Position numbers and translations under genes: made by a program. A stretch of 31,676 nt of DNA from Candidatus Eiseniibacteriota bacterium (lineage in GTDB: Bacteria > Eisenbacteria > RBG-16-71-46), in the NCBI GenBank assembly GCA_031366795.1, contig JANLOX010000279.1:1-31676 (forward strand), read 5' to 3'. The notes below the pieces were generated by a model that was not told the DNA's origin, ran no database searches, and was given only the letters and a program-made list of their open reading frames with translations. Positions 1 to 9,337 of the stretch are shown piece after piece. Position 1 is the first letter of the stretch, and every line of letters begins with the position of its first letter.

Positions 1-318
1 ACGGCGGCTGATAAGATGGCGGCGTTCGAAGCGGCGGGTATCGCGGTGGCGCGGATTCCTTCGGAAATCCCCGGGCTGATCTCGCAGGCGATGTCGCGCC
101 GGCGCAAGAGCGGCGTGAAGGCGGCACCGAAGCGCGCGGCGGCCAAGAAGACGGCGTCCAAAAGCGCGGCACCGAAGCGCATTGCCGCGAAGAAGGCAGC
201 GCCCAAGCGGGCCGCGGCCTCGAAGCGGAACGCCGCGAAACCGGCGAAGCGCGCCGCGAGCAAGGTCTCCAAGGTGAAGTCGCCCAAGCGAAAAGGCAGC
301 AAGCCCCGTTCACGCTGA
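1..318 (+). CDS. sucD: Succinyl-CoA synthetase alpha subunit, 3' part (5'-truncated by the window), with a Lys/Ala-rich histone-H1-like C-terminal tail
   Basis: Frame open from base 1: TAADKMAAFEAAGIAVARIPSEI resembles the SucD C-terminus (GTAxxKxxAxEAAGV); sucD-ndk is a common gene order; the tail has AAPKR repeats. Confidence 0.8.
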   Translation, partial: TAADKMAAFEAAGIAVARIPSEIPGLISQAMSRRRKSGVKAAPKRAAAKKTASKSAAPKRIAAKKAAPKRAAASKRNAAKPAKRAASKVSKVKSPKRKGSKPRSR

Positions 319-377
319 ACAGGGCCTGATCAAATCACAACAAATCGGGGTTTTGAACCCCGCGAAAGGAACACCAG

Positions 378-800
378 GTGGCCATCGAGCGCACGTTGTT
401 CATCGTCAAGCCGGACGCCGTCAGCCGCGCATTGACCGGCAAGATCCTCGCGCATGTCGAGGACAAGGGCTTCCGCCTCGTCGAGGCGCGGTTCGGCCAG
501 TTGCAGAGGGAAGAAGTGCAGAACTTTTACGCGGAGCACCAGGGCAAGGGCTTCTACAACGAGCTGGTCGACTTCATGACCTCGGGCCCGGTCATGCTGT
601 GCTGCCTCGAGCGCGAGAGCGCCGTGGCATTCCTGCGTGAGACGATCGGCGCGACCGACCCGGCCCAGGCGGCCGAGGGCACGATCCGCAAGATCTTCGC
701 TGAGAGCAAGGGCCGCAATTCCGTCCACGCCTCGGACAGCCTTGCGAGCGCTGACCGCGAAGTGAAGTTGTTCTTCGGCGCCGCCGCGCTGTCGCACTAA
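378..800 (+). CDS. ndk: Nucleoside diphosphate kinase
   Basis: ERTLFIVKPDAV, FYAEH, FMTSGP, GATDP, NSVHASDS (phospho-His motif); AAGGA RBS before the GTG start. Confidence 0.97.
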   Translation: MAIERTLFIVKPDAVSRALTGKILAHVEDKGFRLVEARFGQLQREEVQNFYAEHQGKGFYNELVDFMTSGPVMLCCLERESAVAFLRETIGATDPAQAAEGTIRKIFAESKGRNSVHASDSLASADREVKLFFGAAALSH

Positions 801-805
801 GTCTA

Positions 806-838
806 TTCAGGGCAACGATATAGTGTCGCTGCCCTGGG
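806..838. terminator. Hairpin after ndk (3' stabiliser or weak terminator)
   Basis: CAGGGCAACGA-tatagtg-TCGCTGCCCTG inverted repeat; no U-tract. Confidence 0.3.
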
Positions 839-871
839 GACCCCGGGAGCCCTTCATGGCTGCCACATCGC

Positions 872-900
872 TAGACGCCAGCGGTGGCGTATGCTACCGT
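872..900 (+). promoter_or_regulatory. Putative sigma-70 promoter of the yceD-rpmF-plsX-fab operon
   Basis: TAGACG (872-877), 17 nt spacer, TACCGT (895-900) with extended -10 TG. Confidence 0.45.
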
Positions 901-937
901 GCTGCCGTCTGGACTCTGCACTTGCGGGCCTAAATCA

Positions 938-1432
938 ATGTCGTCATTCGTTCTAGAACTAGCGCACCTGGCTCAAGGGTCCAGCACGGTCAGGCTCGAG
1001 GCGGACGCAACCGATATCGGGTTGGCCGCGGAGGGTTGGCCGGGGCGCGTTTATGCGGATTTGCGCTTCGAACGCAGTGGTGAACGCATCACGGTTCGCG
1101 GTGAGGTCCGCAGTGTCACGCGGCTTGAATGCTTCCGTTGTCTGCGGGACTTCGAGCTGTTGCTGGAAGTCCCGTTCGACGTGTTCGCGGAGCAGTCGGG
1201 GAAGAGCACCCGGCGCGACGAGATCGAACTCGAACGCGACGATTACATGATGTTTCACGACGGTCGTCGGCTCGATTTGCGGGAGCAGGTCCGCGAGGCC
1301 CTGCTGCTGGAGCTGCCGATCGCGCCACATTGTCGCGAGGACTGCCAAGGGCTGTGCCCGCGATGTGGCGCCAATTTGAACGATGGACTGTGTGCGTGCG
1401 GGATTCCTCCAGGGGGCCCGGAACGCAACTGA
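938..1432 (+). CDS. yceD: DUF177/YceD family 23S rRNA accumulation protein
   Basis: ECFRCL and LPIAPHCREDCQGLCPRCGANLN motifs; canonical position before rpmF; ATG 938 preferred over GTG 884, which overlaps the promoter. Confidence 0.92.
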   Translation: MSSFVLELAHLAQGSSTVRLEADATDIGLAAEGWPGRVYADLRFERSGERITVRGEVRSVTRLECFRCLRDFELLLEVPFDVFAEQSGKSTRRDEIELERDDYMMFHDGRRLDLREQVREALLLELPIAPHCREDCQGLCPRCGANLNDGLCACGIPPGGPERN

Positions 1433-1456
1433 ACAGTTCACCAGGAGGAAGTGGTC

Positions 1457-1639
1457 ATGGCAGTTCCCAAGCGCAGGCACTCGGCGACTCGCGGGCGCAA
1501 GCGACGCACGCACTGGAAGCTCAAGGGTCCGTCCCTGCACCCGTGCAGTCATTGCAGCAGCCCGAAGCAACCGCACAGGATTTGTCCGAATTGCGGATTC
1601 TACGACGGCGAAGAGATCGTCCCGCCGCGCGCCGACTAA
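1457..1639 (+). CDS. rpmF: 50S ribosomal protein L32 (zinc-ribbon form)
   Basis: MAVPKRRHS..RRTHWKL, CSHC...PHRICPNCGFY; AGGAGG RBS. Confidence 0.97.
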   Translation: MAVPKRRHSATRGRKRRTHWKLKGPSLHPCSHCSSPKQPHRICPNCGFYDGEEIVPPRAD

Positions 1640-1661
1640 CGCGATCCCCCGAGCCCACTGA

Positions 1662-2684
1662 ATGGCTCCGGTTCCCCGGATCGGGATTGATGCGATGGGT
1701 GGCGACCACGGCCCCGGTGTGGTCGCCGAGGGCTTAGCGCTCGCTTTTCGCGACATGCCCGGCCGGTTCCAGATCACGCTCGTCGGTGACGAGACGGCGA
1801 TCCGCTCGGCGCTCAAGCAGCATCATGCCGAGAACTTCGGCATCGAGATCGTCCATGCGGACGAGCAGATCGACATGGCCGAAAAGGCCGCGCAGGCCGT
1901 GCGCCGCAAGGGCTCCTCGCTCGGCGTGCTCACGCAGTTGCACAAGGACCGCAAGGTCGACGCGATGTTCAGCGCCGGCAACACCGGAGCGGTCGTGGCC
2001 AGCGCCCTGATCGTGCTCGGGCGCCTCGAGGGCGTCTCCCGCCCTGCACTTGCCGCGATCCTGCCGAACGCCTCGGGCGGCACCGTCGTGCTGGATGTCG
2101 GCGCGACATCCGACTGCAAGCCCGGCTACCTCGTGCAGTTCGCGCATATGGGCGCTGTCTATGCGCGCTACCTGCTGGGCCGCCAGAATCCGCGCGTCGG
2201 GCTGCTGTCGATTGGCGAAGAGCCGACCAAGGGCAACGCCTTCGTGCTCGAGACGCGCCCGCTCCTCGAACAGGCCGCGCACCTCAATTTCGCCGGCCAC
2301 GTCGAGGGCCGGGATATTTTCAAGGGCGGCACCGACGTCGTCGTGACGGACGGCTTCACGGGCAACGTGGTGCTCAAGACCGCCGAAGGGGTCGCGGGGT
2401 TCATGACGGATATGGTGCGCCACGAACTCCAGCACGATTGGCTGGCTCGCGCCGGCGCGGGGTTGATGTTGCCCGCGCTCAAACGGCTGCGGGCCAAGAT
2501 CGACTGGGAAGAATTTGGCGCCGCACCGCTTCTCGGCGTCGATGGTGTGTGCTTCATTGGTCACGGCAGCAGCAAGGCCAAGGCATTTCACAGCGCGATC
2601 CGCACGCTGACGCGATTCGTCGAGCACCGCGTCAACGAGCACATTCGAGAAGAAATCCAGGCCGACCATGTCACCGCGGCCTGA
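1662..2684 (+). CDS. plsX: Phosphate acyltransferase PlsX
   Basis: IGIDAMGGDHGP, SAGNTGA, RPAL, GEEPTKG, VVVTDGFTGNVVLKTAEG, GAAPLLG, GHGSS. Confidence 0.97.
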   Translation: MAPVPRIGIDAMGGDHGPGVVAEGLALAFRDMPGRFQITLVGDETAIRSALKQHHAENFGIEIVHADEQIDMAEKAAQAVRRKGSSLGVLTQLHKDRKVDAMFSAGNTGAVVASALIVLGRLEGVSRPALAAILPNASGGTVVLDVGATSDCKPGYLVQFAHMGAVYARYLLGRQNPRVGLLSIGEEPTKGNAFVLETRPLLEQAAHLNFAGHVEGRDIFKGGTDVVVTDGFTGNVVLKTAEGVAGFMTDMVRHELQHDWLARAGAGLMLPALKRLRAKIDWEEFGAAPLLGVDGVCFIGHGSSKAKAFHSAIRTLTRFVEHRVNEHIREEIQADHVTAA

Positions 2685-3738
2685 CGGGATCCGCGGCGTC
2701 ACCATCACCGGCACGGGCATGTACGTGCCCGAGCGCATCGTGACGAACCACGAGCTGGCGAAGCTCGTCGATACCTCGGACGAATGGATCGTCGAGCGCA
2801 CCGGTATCCGCGAGCGTCGCATATCGGCGCCGGGGCAGGTGTCTTCCGACCTCGCCCTGATCGCGGCGCAACGCGCGCTCGAGATGGCGAACGTGGACCC
2901 GAAGGACGTCGACCAGATCATTCTGGCCACGACGACTCCGGATCGCCTGCTGCCCTCGTGCGCCTGCACCGTGCAGGCGAAGTTGGGCGCCACGCGCGCG
3001 GCGGCGTTTGATATCTACGCGGCGTGCACGGGGTTCATCTATGGCTTGAGCGTCGCGCGGGGTGCGATTGGCACCGGCATGGCGAATATCGTGCTGGTGA
3101 TCGGCGCCGAGCAGTTGTCGCGCATCACCGATATGCGCGACCGCAACACCTGCGTGCTGTTCGGCGATGGCGCGGGCGCCGCCGTGCTGAAGGCGTGCGC
3201 GCCGGGTGAAGGCATCCTGGCGGTGTCGATTCACAGCGACGGCGTGCTCGGCGACCTGCTCGAAATGCCTGCCGGCGGCGGCGCGATTCCGGCCTCCGTC
3301 GAGAGCGTCGCGCGACGTGAGCACTACATTCGCATGCGCGGCAAGGAAGTCTTCAAGGTGGCGGTGCGCGGCATGGAAGAGAGCCTGCTCAAGTCGCTCG
3401 CCGACGCTGGGCTCACGCCGGGCGATCTCGAATGGGTGATCCCGCACCAGGCCAACCTGCGCATCATCGAGGCCATGCGCGAGCGCGTCGGGCTGCCGTC
3501 CGAGCGCGTGCTCGTCAACATCGACCGCTACGGCAATACCTCGTCCGCCTCGATCCCCATCACGCTTGATGAAGTCGTGCGCGCGGGCAAGCTCAAGCCG
3601 GGCGACAACGTCGGCTTAGTGGCGTTTGGTGGCGGCATCACCTGGGGCGCCTCAGTGGCGCGCTGGACGATGCCGGTGCCGGTCCAGGCGGCCGCGCGGA
3701 GTGCGAATTCCGTGGCGGCGGTGGGGCCACCGTCGTGA
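2668..3738 (+). CDS. fabH: Beta-ketoacyl-ACP synthase III
   Basis: DTSDEWIVERTGIRERR; triad AAC(T)GF, PHQAN, YGNTSSAS; FGGG. Confidence 0.97.
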   Translation: MSPRPDGIRGVTITGTGMYVPERIVTNHELAKLVDTSDEWIVERTGIRERRISAPGQVSSDLALIAAQRALEMANVDPKDVDQIILATTTPDRLLPSCACTVQAKLGATRAAAFDIYAACTGFIYGLSVARGAIGTGMANIVLVIGAEQLSRITDMRDRNTCVLFGDGAGAAVLKACAPGEGILAVSIHSDGVLGDLLEMPAGGGAIPASVESVARREHYIRMRGKEVFKVAVRGMEESLLKSLADAGLTPGDLEWVIPHQANLRIIEAMRERVGLPSERVLVNIDRYGNTSSASIPITLDEVVRAGKLKPGDNVGLVAFGGGITWGASVARWTMPVPVQAAARSANSVAAVGPPS

Positions 3739-4691
3739 AGCTCGCCTTCCTGTTTCCCGGCCAGGGCGCCCAGACCGTCGGCATGGGCCAAGCGCTCGCG
3801 GAGCGCTACCCCGAGGCGCGCGAGGTGTTCGAGGCGGCCGATCGAGCCTTGGGCTTCGAGTTGTCGAAGATCTGCTGGGAAGGCCCCGAAGACGTCCTGC
3901 GCGAAACGCGCCACGCCCAGCCGGCCCTGTTCACACACAGTGTCGCGGCCTTGCGCTTGCTGGAAGCGCAGGGAGTGGCGCCGTCGTGGTGCGCGGGTCA
4001 TAGCCTCGGCGAATACTCGGCGTGCGTTGCGGCGGGTGCCCTGGGCTTTGAGGACGCGGTACGCCTCGTCTTTGCGCGTGGTGAGTTAATGCACCAGGCG
4101 GGGATCGACCGTCCGGGCACGATGGCCGCGGTGCTGGGTCTCTCGCGTGACGACGTCGCGGCGGCGTGCGCCGAAGTGGCAGGGACAGGCGTCGTGGTGC
4201 CAGCGAACTTGAATGCGCCGGGCCAGGTGGTGATCTCGGGTGAGATCGCTGCGGTGGCCGCGGCGGGTGAAGCCTGCAAGGCGCGTGGAGCCAAGCGCGT
4301 GATCGCGCTGGTGGTCAGTGGTGCCTTCCATTCCCCGTTGATGGCTGCGGCTTCGAGCGGGCTCAATGCCAGGCTCGAGCAGACGCCGTTCGCCGATGCG
4401 CGCTGCCCGATCATCGCGAATATTTCCTCGCGCCCCGGCCAGACCGCCGCGGAAGTGCGCGGCGCTCTCGAGGCGCAGTTGCTGGGAGCCGTGCGCTGGG
4501 AAGACTCGATGCGCACGTTGCTCGACCAGGGCGCCGAAGGATTCGTGGAATTGGGCGCGGGCAAGGTGTTGCGCGGCCTGTTGCGCATGATCCACAAGGA
4601 CGCGGTGAGCTGGAACATCGAGGACCCCGACAGCCTGAATGCCACGTTGAGCGCATGGGGCATGGTCCCCGCGGGAGGCTCCGCAGCATGA
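3735..4691 (+). CDS. fabD: Malonyl-CoA:ACP transacylase
   Basis: FLFPGQGAQ, AQPAL, GHSLGEY, SGAFHSPLM; GTGA overlap with fabH. Confidence 0.97.
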   Translation: MKLAFLFPGQGAQTVGMGQALAERYPEAREVFEAADRALGFELSKICWEGPEDVLRETRHAQPALFTHSVAALRLLEAQGVAPSWCAGHSLGEYSACVAAGALGFEDAVRLVFARGELMHQAGIDRPGTMAAVLGLSRDDVAAACAEVAGTGVVVPANLNAPGQVVISGEIAAVAAAGEACKARGAKRVIALVVSGAFHSPLMAAASSGLNARLEQTPFADARCPIIANISSRPGQTAAEVRGALEAQLLGAVRWEDSMRTLLDQGAEGFVELGAGKVLRGLLRMIHKDAVSWNIEDPDSLNATLSAWGMVPAGGSAA

Positions 4692-5470
4692 GTGAGCAAC
4701 GCATGACCGCAACGGCAGCCGCGGCTTCGGCCGAACTCGCGACGCAGGTGGCATTCGTCACCGGTGGCGCCACGGGGATCGGACTGGCGATCGCTCAGGC
4801 GCTGGCCGCTCGCGGTGCCACGGTGGCGATCTTCAATCGCAACCAGGAGCGTGCGCAGGCGGCCGTCGCCATGATCAACGCGGCCGGTGGCCGGGCGCTG
4901 GCCTTCGAGGCCGATGTGGCCAACACCGCTTCGGTCGAAGCAGGCTTCGAGCAAGCGCTGGCGGGGCTCGGGCGTGTCGATATTCTCGTCAACAACGCCG
5001 GCGTCACGCGCGACGGGCTGATCCTCCGCATGAGCGATGCGCAATGGGACGAGGTGCTCAGCACCAATTTACAGGGCGCCTTCCGCTGCTGCCGCGCTGT
5101 GGCAAAGCCCATGATGAAGGCTCGCTATGGGCGTATCATCAACGTGTCGTCGGTGGTGGGCCTGATTGGCAACGCGGGTCAGGCCAACTACGCGGCGTCC
5201 AAGGCCGGATTGCTCGGGCTGACCCGGTCGCTGGCGCGCGAGTTGAGCAGCCGAAATGTGACGGTGAACGCGGTGTGCCCCGGCTACATTGAAACCGACA
5301 TGACCCACGAGCTGCCGGAGGCCAACAAGGCCGCGCTGCTCGCCAATATTCCGCTGGGCCGTCTGGGACGGCCGGAAGAAATCGCCGATGTCGTCGCGTT
5401 CCTCGCTTCACCTCGCGCCGGGTATGTTACCGGCCAGACGTGGGCGGTGGACGGCGGCATGGTGATGTAA
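4688..5470 (+). CDS. fabG: 3-oxoacyl-ACP reductase
   Basis: [36 protein letters not shown] overlap with the fabD stop and GGGAGG RBS. Confidence 0.96.
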   Translation: MSEQRMTATAAAASAELATQVAFVTGGATGIGLAIAQALAARGATVAIFNRNQERAQAAVAMINAAGGRALAFEADVANTASVEAGFEQALAGLGRVDILVNNAGVTRDGLILRMSDAQWDEVLSTNLQGAFRCCRAVAKPMMKARYGRIINVSSVVGLIGNAGQANYAASKAGLLGLTRSLARELSSRNVTVNAVCPGYIETDMTHELPEANKAALLANIPLGRLGRPEEIADVVAFLASPRAGYVTGQTWAVDGGMVM

Positions 5471-5513
5471 AGATACAAATAAACCCATCTCAAGAAGGGG
5501 AGGTGACAAAGGA

Positions 5514-5759
5514 ATGACTACGTTCAGCGAGGACCGCGTCAAGGAAATCATCGCCAAGGAACTGGAAGTCGAAGCGAAGGACCTTGCGCCGGAGAAGAAG
5601 TTCATCGAGGACCTGGGAGCCGATTCGCTCGACATCGTCGAGTTGGTGATGGCGCTCGAGGAAGAGTTCGGTCTCGATATCCCGGACGAAGATGCAGACA
5701 AGCTCAAGACGGTGGGTGATGCGATGGATTACCTCAAGTCGCACGCAACCGCGTCGTAA
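5514..5759 (+). CDS. acpP: Acyl carrier protein
   Basis: [20 protein letters not shown] phosphopantetheine motif; GGAGG and AAGGA upstream. Confidence 0.98.
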   Translation: MTTFSEDRVKEIIAKELEVEAKDLAPEKKFIEDLGADSLDIVELVMALEEEFGLDIPDEDADKLKTVGDAMDYLKSHATAS

Positions 5760-5905
5760 TTCGGCTTCGGGGTCCGGTCCGCGCCATGCAGATGCGCTCG
5801 GTTCAATAGAGCGCTGAACGTCTGGCGGCGCGGCCGAGCCCGGGCTGAATAGCAAGACCCGGCATCGCGCATCCCGCAGCGGCGGGAGGCCAAGCGTGTG
5901 CGGGC
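5759..5905 (+). promoter_or_regulatory. Structured acpP-fabF intercistronic RNA: long irregular hairpin (5759-5850) plus a second hairpin (about 5857-5905)
   Basis: ATTCGGC../..GCTGAAT, CCGCGCC/GGCGCGG, CAGATG/CGTCTG and CGCTC/GAGCG pair in nested order; TCCCGC-agcg-GCGGGA follows. Confidence 0.5.
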
Positions 5906-5928
5906 CACCCATCAACAAGGAAGCAATC

Positions 5929-7176
<1,248 letters not shown>

Positions 7177-8912
7177 AGAACCGCGCGCGCCGTGGCGGCC
7201 GCGGTAGGGGAAAGCCGAGCGGCCATCATCCGCAGTCGCCGCGGCCGCAGACGCATTCATCGTTCTGGAGCTGGCTGAAGCGGCTGTTCCAGCCGCCGCC
7301 GCAGGCGAAGCGCAAGCTGCCGCCCGGGGCTACGCCATCGGAATCGGAAGCCCGCATCTTCGCGGAATTCGCCAAGCAGTACGACATCGCGTTCCAGCGT
7401 CCCGACCTGCTCAAGCTGGCGCTGACGCACCGCTCCTACCTCAGCGTCACGGGGCAGGGCGCGCGCGAATCCAACGAGCGCCTCGAGTTCCTCGGTGACT
7501 CGGTGCTCGGGCTCGTCACCAGCGAGTTCCTCTATCGCGAGCACCCCTCGGAGCATGAGGGGCAGCTCACCAAGACCAAGTCACTGCTCGTTTCCAAGGC
7601 GATCCTGTCGCGGCGCGCGTTGGCCATGGGGCTCGGCAAGTACGTGCTGATGAGCCGTTCCGAGAGTGATTCGGGCGGCCGCCAGCGGCTGTCGATCCTC
7701 GCCGATGCGTTCGAGTCGGTGATCGGCGCCATCTACCTCGACCAGGGTTTCGAAGCCTCGCGGCACTTCATCATGCGCTGGCTGTTGCGCGATTCGCGCG
7801 AGATTGCTTCGGACAAGCGCCACACCAACTACAAGAGCCACCTGCAGGAGTTCGTTCAGAGCACGTACCGCACGCATCCGGTCTACCGGATTCGCAGCGA
7901 GGCGGGCCCCGATCACTCGAAGCAGTTCAATGTCGAAGTGATCGTCGGGCGGCGCGTGCTGGGCACCGGGCGCGGGCGCAACAAGAAGGACGCCGAGCAG
8001 GCCGCGGCGCGTGATGCCCTGGCGCAGGCCGAGGGCGGAGATCAGGCGGAAGAGACCAAGCGCGTCCCGCGCGGCGGGGAGGCCGTGACCTCTGCGAGCG
8101 CTCCGATGCCGCTGCGGCGTATTGAGCCGGAACCCGACGAAGCGTTCGATGATGAGCCCGATGCCATCGGGACGCAGGGGCGGGGAGCCGTTGCCGGCGA
8201 AAGCGCCGAGGAAGGTGAGGGACTTCGTCGTGGACGCCGCGGGGGACGGGGCCGTCGCAATCGTCGGGACGAAGCACCGCCGGCGGTGGGCACCGAAGCT
8301 GTCCCGCGCGGGCAGGCAGGCGCACCGGTCGCGGCCAGGCCGGTGGGTGCGCCGGCCTACCGCACCGCGCCGCCGCCAGTCGATCCTGCGACACAGCCGC
8401 ACGGCCTGTCGCGCCCGCCGCTCGATGTGCCTGTGGATCGCTCGTCGATCGAAGAGGACGCGGACGAGATCGGACGCCCGGAGAACTTGATCGAGGACAG
8501 CAGCGCCGCGTTCCCCCCGACGGACCGCTACATCGGGGGACGCACGGTGGAACGCGTGGGACGCCCGAGTTGGGAGGACACGCCGCGCCGTCCGGCGGAG
8601 ACCGAGCGTGTGCGGCCGCCCGCCTTCGGTTCACTCAGCGAGGAGCACTATGACGACGATGACGGCTTCGGGCGCGCACGGGAACCGGTGAAGGCGCGTG
8701 AGCGCGTGAGCGAGCCGGTTCGCGAAGTCCCTGCGCAACGGCCTGTCCCTGCTCCTGAGCCACCCGTCGAATCGCGCAAGGAGTCCTGGACGGAGCCGGC
8801 GCACGGCGAGGACCACGACGACATCGAGCCGCAGCCGGAAGTGAAGCCGTCGTCGCCGGCGCGCGTGGAGCCGGTCGCGACGTTTGGCCGCAAGCGCACA
8901 CGCCGGTAGTTC

Positions 8913-8952
8913 AAAAAAAGAGAGCCGCCCGCGCGGGAAGCCGTGCGGGCGG
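8913..8952. terminator. Hairpin after rnc, probably bidirectional
   Basis: CCGCCCGCGCGG-gaag-CCGTGCGGGCGG (8925-8952), 12 bp with one G-U on the + strand; A7 at 8913-8919 gives a U-tract on the - strand. Confidence 0.6.
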
Positions 8953-8954
8953 GA

Positions 8955-8988
8955 TAACAAAATCGGGAGGCTTGCGCCTCCCGTTTAT
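8955..8988 (-). terminator. Intrinsic terminator of the candidate sRNA (may also act on the + strand)
   Basis: On the - strand CGGGAGGC-GCAA-GCCTCCCG then ATTTTGTT; the GNRA loop occurs only on the - strand; the + strand hairpin is followed by TTTAT. Confidence 0.75.
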
Positions 8989-9109
8989 AATTAGCTGTCG
9001 CCCCTTTCTAACGGGGCTGGCCCCTCGGAATTCCAGGTCCCGCCAGTGGGAACGACAGACTTTTTTGCCGCCGGCGCAATCCCTAACCGTGCGATCGCGC
9101 GGGGCTCAC
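8956..9109 (-). ncRNA. Candidate sigma-54-dependent small RNA (about 155 nt), family not recognised
   Basis: Bounded by a promoter and a terminator with no credible ORF; 5' hairpin GCGCGAUC/GAUUGCGC pairs through G-U only on the - strand; four-way junction closed by CUGUCG/CGACAG. Confidence 0.6.
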
Positions 9110-9114
9110 AGTGC

Positions 9115-9135
9115 ATTATAGCATGCAGCATGCCA
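9115..9135 (-). promoter_or_regulatory. Overlapping sigma-54 (-24/-12) and extended -10 sigma-70 promoters
   Basis: TGGCATGctgcATGCT (9135-9120; GG-N10-GC) runs into TGcTATAAT (9123-9115). Confidence 0.7.
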
Positions 9136-9160
9136 TCCATCATTTATTCGCCTCGATTCG

Positions 9161-9337
9161 CGTAAGTTCAATTCGATAAATAGTTTAATACCAGTTCACT
9201 GGGCATGCGCACCAGCCGTCCTGGGCAACGTTTGGGACACTTTGTCTTAATGAAACCGGTTTCAAGTAGGCTAATTTAATGTGCCGCATGCGATTAAGAT
9301 CTAAGTGTCAGATCTGGCCGCTGTGGGACTTTGTGTC
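9161..9337. promoter_or_regulatory. Putative enhancer region: IHF-like AT-rich site and two candidate activator-binding sites
   Basis: GATAAATAGTTTA (9175-9187) resembles WATCAANNNNTTR; TGGGAC-N4-TGTC occurs at 9233-9246 and 9324-9337. Confidence 0.4.

Noticed and set aside
1734..5044. Long minus-strand ORFs (419, 258 and 348 aa) over plsX-fabG
   Set aside because: Shadows of well-supported + strand genes
9008..9109. Small peptides within the candidate sRNA (GTG 8 codons; TTG 23 codons, minus strand)
   Set aside because: Weak start codons, no properly spaced RBS, and the sequence is tied up in stems
8990..9110. tRNA, c-di-GMP riboswitch, 6S, SRP or CsrB identity for the structured RNA
   Set aside because: No TTC/CCA or D-loop signature, no GEMM GGCAAA/GAAA pattern, no SRP or 6S architecture, too few looped GGA motifs, and no downstream gene for a riboswitch; an Rfam scan is still needed
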